A stretch of DNA of 64,000 bases from Nitrospinaceae bacterium (GCA_965237905.1 OZ250172.1:480001-544000), one strand, 5' to 3'. Numbered from the stretch's first letter, positions 50,742-63,989 are shown. Program-made: numbers and translations. The notes: generated by a model from the sequence alone, not told the origin.

Positions 50742-51224
50742 ATGAATCTTAAAATAACCGAGCGAATGCATAGAGATACGAATTACCTGACCGCAGGCCT
50801 CGTCATGATGCTGATGTTGTGCATTACAGCATTCAGCATGCCGTCCACGGCCAGCGCTAAGGAGAAGTCCTTATACCAACGCCTCGGTGGCTACGACGCT
50901 ATTAGTGCTGTGGTTAATGAATTTGCCGATCGTCTTTTTGCGGACAAGAAGCTTGACCGCTTTTTTGGCGCTTTGAGTACGGACTCGCAGGTCAAATTCA
51001 AGCAATTTAATACCACGCTTGTCTGCGCGGTTACCGGAGGGCCCTGCACATATCTGGGACGTTCGATGACGACTGCGCATGAGGGCATGGGTGTGGATAA
51101 CACCAACTTCAATATTGTCGCAGGCCATTTAGCGGCCACGCTCGACAAATTTAAAGTTCCAGCCGCTGAGAAGAAAGAGCTTCTGGATATTATTGGGTCT
51201 CTGCGAAGCGCGATTGTAGAGTAG
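50742..51224 (+). CDS. Group I (N-type) truncated haemoglobin with N-terminal signal peptide
   Basis: SLYQRLGG, TGGPCTYLGRSMTTAH (proximal His), FNIVAGHLAATL; hydrophobic leader ending ASA. Confidence 0.9.
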   Translation: MNLKITERMHRDTNYLTAGLVMMLMLCITAFSMPSTASAKEKSLYQRLGGYDAISAVVNEFADRLFADKKLDRFFGALSTDSQVKFKQFNTTLVCAVTGGPCTYLGRSMTTAHEGMGVDNTNFNIVAGHLAATLDKFKVPAAEKKELLDIIGSLRSAIVE

Positions 51225-51257
51225 AAAAAATAAATTTTAAAAGTGAGGAGAAAAATC

Positions 51258-51863
51258 ATGAACCTGAAAATAGCCAATCGAATCGGTTTTTTCCTGGGCG
51301 TTACCGCATTGGCGGTTGTCGCCTCCGGGATATATATTTCCAATACAATGGCCGCGGAAAAGATATCGCGGCATTACAAATTCGACGGAGCGGGGAAGCT
51401 GGTTCAGCCCACGGGTTATCGGCAGTGGGTTTTTGTGGGGTCGCCATTGACTCCCAATGACATGAATGACGGAAAGGCGGCCTTCCCCGAGTTCCATCAT
51501 GTGTACATTCATCCCGATGCCTTCGCGGTTTACAAGCGCACCGGAGCATTCCCGGACGGGACCATTCTTGTCAAGGAACTGCTGAGCGTTGGCAAAAAAC
51601 AAGCTCCCAGCGGCAAGGGGTATTTCAACGGTGATTTTATCGGTTTGGAAGCCACGATCAAGGATACCAAGCGATTCAAGAAGGAACCGGGGCACTGGGC
51701 TTATTTCAGTTTCACCACACCGATAGGACAGCCGCATAAAAAGAGCGCAAAGGCATTTTCAAAAACCAAATGCAACTTCTGTCACCAGGCGTTTGCGAAA
51801 GATGATTGGGTATTCACACAATACTATCCGGTCCTCCGTGCCGCCAAGCCGGGACGAAAATAA
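51258..51863 (+). CDS. Cytochrome P460 family protein
   Basis: YRQWVFVG..TPN, FPDGTILVKE, IGLEATIKD, CNFCH, VFTQYYPVLRAAK; signal peptide; GAGGAG RBS. Confidence 0.9.
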   Translation: MNLKIANRIGFFLGVTALAVVASGIYISNTMAAEKISRHYKFDGAGKLVQPTGYRQWVFVGSPLTPNDMNDGKAAFPEFHHVYIHPDAFAVYKRTGAFPDGTILVKELLSVGKKQAPSGKGYFNGDFIGLEATIKDTKRFKKEPGHWAYFSFTTPIGQPHKKSAKAFSKTKCNFCHQAFAKDDWVFTQYYPVLRAAKPGRK

Positions 51864-51922
51864 TAATTCATGATCGAATTTTTCAAAGAATCCGAAACGT
51901 TTTCAAATAAGGGGAAAACACC

Positions 51923-52312
51923 ATGAAAAAAATATTAATCACGATGGTTGCAATTCATTTCATGTGGGCAGGATGGGCCCTGGCGGATAGCGGAATCGCA
52001 GAAACGCATCGAGACGCCATTCAAACCGCAATGGCCAACCACATTAAAGACGTTTCACAAAAAAACGGCAACGGCATGTTCCCCATATATGACCCGGGCC
52101 AAAGGACAGTCGTTCAATTAAAGTTTGACCGGTTTCACGATAGCGTCGAGATCAAGGGAAGAAAGTATCCCTACTTCATCAGTTGTGCTGACTTTACAGA
52201 TACGAACGGGGTTAAATATGACCTGGATTTTCTGGTTTCAAAAAATCATGCAGTGGTGGCCGTATTGATCCATGCCATAAACAATAAAAAAACCAAGTAT
52301 GATATTCATTAG
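51923..52312 (+). CDS. Hypothetical exported protein
   Basis: Signal peptide ending ALA; CADF...YDLDF; GGGGA RBS; lies within the operon. Confidence 0.8.
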   Translation: MKKILITMVAIHFMWAGWALADSGIAETHRDAIQTAMANHIKDVSQKNGNGMFPIYDPGQRTVVQLKFDRFHDSVEIKGRKYPYFISCADFTDTNGVKYDLDFLVSKNHAVVAVLIHAINNKKTKYDIH

Positions 52313-52351
52313 TAGAAAAGTGGATGGAGAAGCTTAGAAAGGAATGATTGA

Positions 52352-53209
52352 ATGAAAAATGTTGGCAGGAAGAAAACTCATAAGCGGCATTTTTATAAGT
52401 CATCGTTGGTTTTTCATGCGTTTACTTTTGGGGTATTCCTTGTCATTTTATTGGCCTCTTTGGTTAGCTTTGCTCATGAAAATTCCCAGTCCCGTCAGGA
52501 CCCTGCTCATAAAACGGCCAGTGATGAACAAAACCGATTGCACTGGGGTTATTTGGGAATCGAGGGGCCTGAACACTGGGGATTGCTCACTAAAAAATAC
52601 GCGACATGCGAAACCGGAAGCAAGCAATCGCCGATTGACATACCCACGAAAGGACTGAGTCATCGCCAGGAGACCCTGGATTTTCATTACAACACATCTG
52701 AACTTCATGAAATGAATAATGGGCATACGGTTCAGGTGTCTCACAAATCAGGATGCCATGTTGACATCAACAAGCGCGCTTATAATTTACGACAGTTTCA
52801 TTTTCATGAACCCAGTGAACACCATATCGATGGCAAAGCCTTTCCTATGGAAATGCATCTGGTCCATCAAGATGAAGCCGGACATATTCTCGTCATCGCA
52901 GTGATGATGGAAGTAGGTCCGGAACACCCTGTCATAAAAAACCTTTGGGATTGGCTCCCCGATCAAATCGGCAAGGAAACTTCAATTCCCTTGAGGGCCA
53001 GCCTCCGAGACGTGCTTCCTGAAAACACTCAACACTATACCTACTCTGGATCACTGACCACCCCACCCTGCTCTGAGGGAGTTCTGTGGCTGGTATTAAT
53101 AGAACCCATTAAAATATCTGAGCAGAGCTTGAGAAAATTTTCGGCGATTATCGGAAAGAATGCTCGCCCGGTGCAACCTCTGGGCAATAGACGCATAGAG
53201 AAAAATTAA
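52352..53209 (+). CDS. Alpha-class carbonic anhydrase, exported
   Basis: HWGY..GPEHW, QSPIDI, NNGHT, QFHFH..SEH, EMHLVH, YSGSLTTPPCSEGV, NARPVQP. Confidence 0.95.
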   Translation: MKNVGRKKTHKRHFYKSSLVFHAFTFGVFLVILLASLVSFAHENSQSRQDPAHKTASDEQNRLHWGYLGIEGPEHWGLLTKKYATCETGSKQSPIDIPTKGLSHRQETLDFHYNTSELHEMNNGHTVQVSHKSGCHVDINKRAYNLRQFHFHEPSEHHIDGKAFPMEMHLVHQDEAGHILVIAVMMEVGPEHPVIKNLWDWLPDQIGKETSIPLRASLRDVLPENTQHYTYSGSLTTPPCSEGVLWLVLIEPIKISEQSLRKFSAIIGKNARPVQPLGNRRIEKN

Positions 53210-53231
53210 ACCAGGGTGATTGCGAGGCCGC

Positions 53232-53945
53232 CTAGGATCGGCCTAAAATGCGGTCCAGGATGGGTTTCTTTCGGATCAGAAATCCATGCGGGGCAAACGT
53301 GAACCCGAACTTGTTCTCGCGCTTGGTGTCGTGGGTGTAGTCGTCGGGAAATTCCTTTTCATATTCCAGAATCGCTTCCATCGGCCCTTCCCCGAAATCC
53401 GGGTCCACCGGGTGCCCGTTGATGTTGCTGTCCTCCACCACCACGTAATCGCCGTGCTCCAGGACGGTGCGGAGCAGTTTCATTTCGGCCAGGACGTGGT
53501 CCTTGCGATGGTCGCTGTCGACAATGACAAACACCGGCCCCGGAAACTGTTTGCGCAACTCACGGATTCTGTCCGCCACCTGGGGCTCGGCACTGGAGGA
53601 GGTGAATATTTCGACGTGAGGATTGTTGCGGACATGTTCGTTGTATTTTTTAGGACTCATATTGTCCACGGTCAGGACTTTGGAGTTCGGATTGATCCGC
53701 TTCAAAATTTCTGAAAAAAACAATGTCGCTCCGCCCTTGTACGCTCCGAATTCGATGATGAGAGACGGTTTCAGTTCGCAAATGATTTCCTGATAATTCC
53801 ACATATCGGAAACCGACTTCAGACAGCGGACTCCCATGAATGTGGTCGTTTCCCAAACCTTGGTGTTGAAATACCAGATGTGATATTGTTCCGGAGCTTT
53901 CGGGTCAAAAGGCTTTTCCGTTTGCGCCACCGTTTCCTCCCTCAA
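53232..53945 (-). CDS. CmcI-family (cephalosporin hydroxylase-like / rhamnosyl O-) methyltransferase
   Basis: DMWNYQEII.ELKPSLIIEFG, DSDHRKDHVLAE, DYVVVED, TFAPHGFL. Confidence 0.88.
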   Translation of the reverse strand: MREETVAQTEKPFDPKAPEQYHIWYFNTKVWETTTFMGVRCLKSVSDMWNYQEIICELKPSLIIEFGAYKGGATLFFSEILKRINPNSKVLTVDNMSPKKYNEHVRNNPHVEIFTSSSAEPQVADRIRELRKQFPGPVFVIVDSDHRKDHVLAEMKLLRTVLEHGDYVVVEDSNINGHPVDPDFGEGPMEAILEYEKEFPDDYTHDTKRENKFGFTFAPHGFLIRKKPILDRILGRS

Positions 53946-54089
53946 AAAAAATGATCCGCCGCCAGCGGATGGATTGGATTCAAGCCCCTGATATGGATGG
54001 ACTCAAAGGTGAAAAATTATACCACTCCCGCCCGGATTCACAAAACATCGTTTAGCCAGTATTGGCCTGTTGGGTCCAGCGGCCTCCAA

Positions 54090-56132
<2,043 letters not shown>

Positions 56133-57524
56133 TTACGGTTCTAATGTAACATAATAAGAGTTTCTTCCGCGCTGGACGAGGAGCAGGACGGAACTGAGTT
56201 TGCCCGCTTCAAGGATGGCCGTGTTGAACTCGCCCAGGTTCCGTATCTTGCTTTCGTTCATCTGGCGGATAACATCGCCGGGCTGGATGCCAACCGCTCT
56301 GCTGGGACCGTTCGACCGGACTTTCGCCACCACCACGCCATTACGCGCCATTATATTGTGCCGCTTGGCGCGTTTCCAGTTAATATCCCTGACCGAAATG
56401 CCGAGCCACTGTTTTGCCATTTCCCCGGCGGCATCTTTGGAAATGGGAGAAATATGCACACGGGCCTTGCGCCGCTGGCCGTTGCGCAAATACTTCAGCC
56501 GAAAATGGTCGTCCACGGTATACGAAGCGATCTGGCGGAAGTAATCCGACTTGTCGGCGATTTCGTGACCGTCGATGCGTAGCAGGATATCTCCAGGCTG
56601 GAGGCCGGCACGTTTCGCAGAACTTCTGTGGAAGACGTTGGTCACCAGCACGCCGTGAACGTGATCCAGACCGAAATGGCGCGCTGCCTTGGGAGTCAAA
56701 TCCTGCACTGAAACGCCGAGCCAGCCGCGCCGCACCTTTCCGTACTGGAGTAGATTGTCGACGATGCGCCGTGCTTTGTCGATGGGGATGGCAAAACCGA
56801 TACCCTGAGCATCTTTAAAGATGGCGGTGTTGATGCCGATCAATGAACCGTTGATGTTGGGCAGTGGGCCGCCGCTGTTGCCGGGGTTGATCGATGCGTC
56901 GACCTGAATGAAATCGTTGAACACCTGTTTTTCGCTGGCGCGGATGGTGCGGTTCACCGCGCTGATGATACCGGTGGTCACCGTGTGTTTGAGGCCAAAG
57001 GGATTGCCGATGGCGACGATGGTTTCACCGATCATTAGATCATTAGAGCGGCCCATTTCCACGTAGGGCAATGGACGGTTCGGATTGATTTTGATGACGG
57101 CAAGATCGGATTTGATATCAGCACCCACCACCTTCCCCTCAAATTCCCGGTTGTCGATCAGAGTGACCTTGACGCGCACTGCCCTGGCCACAACGTGTTC
57201 GTTGGTCAGGATGTATCCTTTGGGATCGATGATGACGCCGGAACCGAGACTGCGTCGGTTGGGCTCATTTTGCTGGTAGAAATCCTCAAAATATTTTTCG
57301 AACAGCTGGTCGCCCATGAAACCCCGGAACGGGTTTTTTGCCTGGCGTGGAGCTTCTTCGGTAAAAATATTGACAACGGCAGGCCCCACTTGTTCCACAG
57401 CGGTAACAATGGGGGTTCTTCGATTACCTGTATCGTAGGCGAGCGCTGGAGCGGCAATCAGACCCCACAGGATCACTCCAAAAAACAGAATACGATTCCA
57501 GAAAGCACGTCGAGAGGTTTGCAT
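56133..57524 (-). CDS. HtrA/DegP-family serine protease with two PDZ domains
   Basis: LGSGVII, TNEHVV, DLAV, INPGNSGGP. Confidence 0.93.
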   Translation of the reverse strand: MQTSRRAFWNRILFFGVILWGLIAAPALAYDTGNRRTPIVTAVEQVGPAVVNIFTEEAPRQAKNPFRGFMGDQLFEKYFEDFYQQNEPNRRSLGSGVIIDPKGYILTNEHVVARAVRVKVTLIDNREFEGKVVGADIKSDLAVIKINPNRPLPYVEMGRSNDLMIGETIVAIGNPFGLKHTVTTGIISAVNRTIRASEKQVFNDFIQVDASINPGNSGGPLPNINGSLIGINTAIFKDAQGIGFAIPIDKARRIVDNLLQYGKVRRGWLGVSVQDLTPKAARHFGLDHVHGVLVTNVFHRSSAKRAGLQPGDILLRIDGHEIADKSDYFRQIASYTVDDHFRLKYLRNGQRRKARVHISPISKDAAGEMAKQWLGISVRDINWKRAKRHNIMARNGVVVAKVRSNGPSRAVGIQPGDVIRQMNESKIRNLGEFNTAILEAGKLSSVLLLVQRGRNSYYVTLEP

Positions 57525-57631
57525 ACCATCCCTTTTAAAAAAGTAGCCGTGGGTCCCAAGAACCCACAGCCTAATTTAATCAGGATACCGGCGGCTGGCC
57601 CAAAGTTTCAAACATGGGAACAGGCTCGGCA

Positions 57632-59107
<1,476 letters not shown>

Positions 59108-59376
59108 GGATCATCCTCAGTAAATGGAAAATGATGAAATCATCATCCGGCTAATTTGGAGCATCCCGGAATCGGACATTCATCCAAGTGGATATTTGGT
59201 GGTGGGTCATTCCAAACATTGATTATTAAGTACATTATATAATGGCCCTTTCTTTATTTACAACCCCCTTTCTTGGAGCTCGACAAGACTGCTCTGAATT
59301 GCCTGTTGACTCCCCTAACCGCTTCAAAGATAATCGCGTTCGGTCGGTCGCCTTATTTCAGGGAGGAAAGTCAGAT

Positions 59377-59577
59377 ATGAACTTAATTTTGGTTGCGTTA
59401 GGGCTGATGATGGTCTTCGAAGGGATTCCTCTTTTCTGTTTCCCCGACCATTTAAGAGAACTGGCCCGGAAATTACCGGAACTCGAAAACACGACGTTGA
59501 GATACATCGGGTTGGTGCTGATGTTGCTCGGCTTGGCAGTGGTTTATATGGGCAAGGGCGCGATCAACACTCCTTAA
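59377..59577 (+). CDS. DUF2065 (YjeT-like) small membrane protein
   Basis: ALGLMMVFEGIPLFCFP...LRYIGL; ATG 59377 after GGAGG. Confidence 0.8.
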   Translation: MNLILVALGLMMVFEGIPLFCFPDHLRELARKLPELENTTLRYIGLVLMLLGLAVVYMGKGAINTP

Positions 59578-59741
59578 TACCCTGAGGCATGGGGGACGAC
59601 CCTCCTGGCCAACCCTGGCTTTCCGGCAGAAAAAGGAATATACAAACTTAACTCCTTATATAGTCAAGGCAAGACTTGCCCCTTTTTCTTTTTATGGAAC
59701 TGAGGAAATCGACTTTGCATCGGTCGCAGGAGTAGAAAACT

Positions 59742-60113
59742 ATGCCATTAAATGCAGCGGAAATCGCATTTCTGGTCGTAATGGGGTTGATTATCGTTCT
59801 CTGGATAATATTCGCCATGATTCTAGTCATGCATTTCTTAATGCCAACGACCGTATTGGAAAAGTATTTTAAACCGCCTTATTTTAAAGAAATTGAATGC
59901 AAACTGTTTAACGGGTTTCCTTACGCCCCTACCAGAACCATAATGTTCATGACTGTGTTCGCATTCCCAGATAGAGGAAAAAAACGAACGTTAACTGAAG
60001 CCTATCTGTTAGCACCGCCATGGTACAGAACGGCATCTAAAATTATATTAACTTCACTGGTATCAATAATGATTGCGATACTAACGCTATTACTTGGCCT
60101 TTATTTCTATTAA
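59742..60113 (+). CDS. Hypothetical AT-rich membrane protein
   Basis: Two TM segments; AGGAG RBS. Confidence 0.65.
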   Translation: MPLNAAEIAFLVVMGLIIVLWIIFAMILVMHFLMPTTVLEKYFKPPYFKEIECKLFNGFPYAPTRTIMFMTVFAFPDRGKKRTLTEAYLLAPPWYRTASKIILTSLVSIMIAILTLLLGLYFY

Positions 60114-60191
60114 TGAATTATTTGCAAATTGATTTGTTATAGAGTGGATTGTCATTAACGGACTAATCCATTCTCGAAAAAGGGGGAGTCA

Positions 60192-60219
60192 TTATCGCCC
60201 TTTCCTTATCGCCCTTTCC
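60192..60219. repeat. Exact 14-bp tandem duplication TTATCGCCCTTTCC x2
   Basis: Read directly from the sequence. Confidence 0.85.
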
Positions 60220-60342
60220 TTCGACAAGCGGGAATGTAGTGCAGGTGTAGAAATTTCGGAGGCGTGGTATCATGTCGCGGATCAGTATCTCAACGGTTGA
60301 AAGTAAAAATGCATCCAAACAGTATTTCCGGTTAAGCACCTT

Positions 60343-61119
60343 ATGTCGTCAAGGAGAGACTTGACCCAATCCCCCATGGCTGAACACGATTCTCCCTCAC
60401 GGCAATATATCTTTCAGTTTCCCGCTCACCCTGAATACCGATTTTCCAACTTCATCGTGTCCAAAGGGTCGCGCTTCGCTTTGGCCTGCGCGCGGGAACT
60501 GTGCTCCGGCGATCCGGTGACGTATCAAGCCCTCTACCTGTCCGGTGCCAGCGGACTTGGGAAAACCCATTTACTGATGTCCATCGGCAACCATCTCGCA
60601 GAAACCGGCACAATGGCCCTGTATGTGCATTGCCAGGACTTGATCGAATCGTTGAACCGGGGAGACAGCGGGTTGCCCGGCAATCTGGGGACCCCCGGTT
60701 CGGAAATCGATTTTTTGTTACTGGATGATATCGACCGAATCACCGATCATCCCACCGCGCAGGAAACCCTGTACCGGGTCTACAACCAAACTCTTGAGCA
60801 GGGAGGAAAAATGGTGTTTGCCGGACGCACCCCGGCGGACCAACTGGAAAAGACCGAAAGTTTTCTCACCTCGCGCTTCAAATGGGGGATGACGGCGGAA
60901 CTTCTGCCCATGGATGACGAGGCCACCGCCCAATTGATTCAAAAACTGGCAGAGGATCTGGGTCTGGACATCCCGGATAAAATCATCACCTGGCTCTTGA
61001 GCCGGATTCCCAGGGATTTCCAGTCCGTCAAAAGCGCGGTGACTCGTATCAATGAAGAATCGCTCAGGCAAAAACACAAGGTCACTCTGCCTCTCGTCAA
61101 AACCGCACTGGGTCTTTAA
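60343..61119 (+). CDS. hda: DnaA regulatory inactivator Hda-like AAA+ protein
   Basis: FSNFIV, GASGLGKTHLL, LLDDID, LTSRFKWG; lacks DnaA domains I and IV. Confidence 0.85.
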   Translation: MSSRRDLTQSPMAEHDSPSRQYIFQFPAHPEYRFSNFIVSKGSRFALACARELCSGDPVTYQALYLSGASGLGKTHLLMSIGNHLAETGTMALYVHCQDLIESLNRGDSGLPGNLGTPGSEIDFLLLDDIDRITDHPTAQETLYRVYNQTLEQGGKMVFAGRTPADQLEKTESFLTSRFKWGMTAELLPMDDEATAQLIQKLAEDLGLDIPDKIITWLLSRIPRDFQSVKSAVTRINEESLRQKHKVTLPLVKTALGL

Positions 61120-61125
61120 ACAGTT

Positions 61126-62757
61126 ATGGATTCCCATTCTCCGGAAAACATCGCACACACTCTGGAGCAACTGGCACGGGAGCGGGCCGGGGCCGATGCC
61201 ATCATCGTTCCCCGCAGTGGATCGATTGCCAAAATTACCTTTCAGCAACTCAATCAGGACGCTAACCGGCTGGCCGATGGTTTGCGCGGCACCGGCATGG
61301 CGAAGGGCGACCGGATATTGATGATGGTGCCTCCGGGCATCGATTTCATCGCCCTCACGTTTGCCCTGTTCAAACTGGGAGCGGTTCCCGTGTTGATCGA
61401 TCCCGGCCTGGGCCGCCGCAATGTTTTGAATTGCATTGCCAACGCCCAACCCCGGGGCATGATCGCCGTGCCTCTGGCCCATGTAGCGCGCAAGATATTT
61501 CCCAAAGCGTTTAAAGGTATCGAATTGAACGTGACGGTGGGGCGGCGATGGTTCTGGGGCGGCACGACGTTGAAAACGATTCGTAGACACGGCGATACCA
61601 ATTTCCAATCCGCACAGGTGGCGCCGGACGCCGCCGCCGCCATTCTGTTTACCAGCGGCAGTACCGGTCCTTCCAAGGGTGTGCTGTACAGCCACCGCAT
61701 GTTCTACCAACAAGTAGAGTTACTGCGCCGACTGTTTCACATTGAACAAGGGGAAATGGACCTGCCCACCTTCCCGCTGTTCGTCCTGTTCGGCGTGGCG
61801 CTGGGCATGACCTGCGTGATTCCGGACATGGACCCGACCCGTCCCGCCGGGGTGGACCCGGAAAAAATAATCGAACACATCAAGGAGCACAACATTACCA
61901 ATAGTTTCGGGTCGCCGGCGTTATGGAACACCGTTTCGCGGTACTGCCTGGATCAAAAAGTTCAGCTCCCGACGCTTAAGCGAATATTGATGGCGGGTGC
62001 GCCGGTGACGGGCAGTCTGCTGGAACGATTCGACCGCATCCTGTCCAAAGACGCGCTGATCCATACCCCGTACGGCGCGACGGAAGCGTTGCCGGTCGCC
62101 GCCCTCTCCCACCGCGAAATCCTCAACGAAACCTGGCAACAAACGCGAGAAGGCAAAGGAACGTGCGTCGGGCGGGCGGTGGACGGATTGACACTCAAAA
62201 TAATAAAAATCACCGACGACGCGATTGACGAATGGGACGATTCACTGGCAGTCCCCAATGGCACCATCGGCGAGGTGGTGGTGCAAAGTCCTTGGGTGAC
62301 GCGCCAGTATTTCAATCTGGAAAACGCCACGCGCCTGGCCAAGATTCGCGACGGAGAAAATTTCTGGCACCGCATGGGGGATGTCGGTTATCTGGACGAT
62401 GAAAATCGTTTATGGTTTTGCGGACGGAAGAGTCACCGCGTCCAAACCGCGGCAGGCACCCTGTTCACGATTCCCTGCGAGGCGATTTTCAACACGCACG
62501 AAAAAGTGAAACGGTCCGCCCTGGTGGGAGTTGGTTCGAAAGAAAACCAGACCCCGGTCATCGTGATTGAAGCGGAGGGAGCGGTCGATCAGAAGGCTCT
62601 CACTGAAGAATTATTACAACTCGGCGCGTCGCACGCCATCACCCAACCGATCCGACAGGTGTTGTATCACTCGGCATTTCCTGTAGACATCCGCCACAAT
62701 GCCAAAATCGGCCGCGAACAACTCACCCGTTGGGCGGAAACCCTGCCCTCTCCCTGA
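61126..62757 (+). CDS. oleC: OleC-like AMP-dependent ligase (olefin beta-lactone synthetase family)
   Basis: VLIDPG, FTSGSTGPSKGV, DLPTFPLF, PDMDPTRPA, TPYGATEALP, HRMGDVG, FPVDIRHNAKI. Confidence 0.8.
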   Translation: MDSHSPENIAHTLEQLARERAGADAIIVPRSGSIAKITFQQLNQDANRLADGLRGTGMAKGDRILMMVPPGIDFIALTFALFKLGAVPVLIDPGLGRRNVLNCIANAQPRGMIAVPLAHVARKIFPKAFKGIELNVTVGRRWFWGGTTLKTIRRHGDTNFQSAQVAPDAAAAILFTSGSTGPSKGVLYSHRMFYQQVELLRRLFHIEQGEMDLPTFPLFVLFGVALGMTCVIPDMDPTRPAGVDPEKIIEHIKEHNITNSFGSPALWNTVSRYCLDQKVQLPTLKRILMAGAPVTGSLLERFDRILSKDALIHTPYGATEALPVAALSHREILNETWQQTREGKGTCVGRAVDGLTLKIIKITDDAIDEWDDSLAVPNGTIGEVVVQSPWVTRQYFNLENATRLAKIRDGENFWHRMGDVGYLDDENRLWFCGRKSHRVQTAAGTLFTIPCEAIFNTHEKVKRSALVGVGSKENQTPVIVIEAEGAVDQKALTEELLQLGASHAITQPIRQVLYHSAFPVDIRHNAKIGREQLTRWAETLPSP

Positions 62758-62804
62758 TCAGCTCCTACTCCAACTATGGAATGCGCTCGAATCAATTGAA
62801 AGCT

Positions 62805-63989
62805 TTATTCCTTTTCAATATTTTGCAATATCTTCGAAATGGCCAATAACGCCGGGTGGTCCTTCTCAACAACTTGCTTAAAATAGCCTTGAGCGATTCT
62901 AAAGGCTTCAATAGCATTTGGTTTGTCTTTTTTTACATAAAAATAAAATCTTCCTTTTTGAAAGAATAAATTGCCCAAAGCCATGGGGCTTTTTGCGTGA
63001 ACTCTCGTATTTCTTTTCAAGTACTCCAAAAACTCTTTTTCATAACCAAACTTTGTATAAGAACCAAGCGCGTCTTCGGAAAGACGTGAATTCTTTGGAT
63101 CAAGATTAAGCAGTTCATCCGCCTTTTCATCGGCCAGCTTAACTTCCCCCATCTCCAAATACATTGCCAACAAACGGTTTAGAATATGATAGTGGTTTTT
63201 ATGCTTATATTTGTTTGCCAACACTGCATACTCGAGCGCTCTCGTTTTATTTTTCGCATCCAAATTCATATAAGCCGCCATCAAAGCCGCTTCAGATTTT
63301 AGCTTTTTATCATGATAAAGGTGATACGCCTTTTCCGCATGCGAAACGGCTTTTTTGGGCTTACCGAGGGCATTGTAGGTATAAGCCAGATTGTATTGGG
63401 TGCTTCCATGATTTGGATTTTGAGAGTGCCCCCGCGATAAATAAGTCAACGCATTCGCAAACTTTTGCCGTCGCAAATGGATCACGCCCATGTTGTGGTT
63501 AGCCATATAGCCGAGCGAAACCAACTTTTCAGCCCTTCCATAGTAGCTTTCCGCCTGGCTGATTTTATTTTGTTCCAACTGGCATGTCCCGGAATAATAG
63601 AAGTCGCCTATCGCCTCTAAAATTTCTCCCGAATTCGGATCCTTTGCTTCCAACTTCAAAAGCTCTTTTTCAATGTCAAACGAAAACATCTCATACTTGC
63701 CCTTGCTCCCTCGCACATCTTCAATAGACTCGGATGGAGACAAATCCTTAAATGCGAAAACTTTTCGACCAATACAGAAGGCATAATAATGAGTAGCCAG
63801 ATGAGCCATCTTGGCCACGACCTTTGGATTATTAAATCCCGGGTCGTAAGACTTCAATTGAGTAAATGCGGAGAAATACTTCTTCTTACCGATCAAACCT
63901 TCTATCTTGGCAAGGTCCGGTCCTTTTGCCCAAACGTTTTGACAACCAAACCCCAACATCAAAACAAAAATAAACAGCTTCATTTTCAT
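62805..63989 (-). CDS. Exported TPR-repeat protein (AT-rich)
   Basis: Signal peptide; TPR-like repeats (HNMGVIHL, YNLAYTYNALGK...AV..AEKA). Confidence 0.75.
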   Translation of the reverse strand: MKMKLFIFVLMLGFGCQNVWAKGPDLAKIEGLIGKKKYFSAFTQLKSYDPGFNNPKVVAKMAHLATHYYAFCIGRKVFAFKDLSPSESIEDVRGSKGKYEMFSFDIEKELLKLEAKDPNSGEILEAIGDFYYSGTCQLEQNKISQAESYYGRAEKLVSLGYMANHNMGVIHLRRQKFANALTYLSRGHSQNPNHGSTQYNLAYTYNALGKPKKAVSHAEKAYHLYHDKKLKSEAALMAAYMNLDAKNKTRALEYAVLANKYKHKNHYHILNRLLAMYLEMGEVKLADEKADELLNLDPKNSRLSEDALGSYTKFGYEKEFLEYLKRNTRVHAKSPMALGNLFFQKGRFYFYVKKDKPNAIEAFRIAQGYFKQVVEKDHPALLAISKILQNIEKE

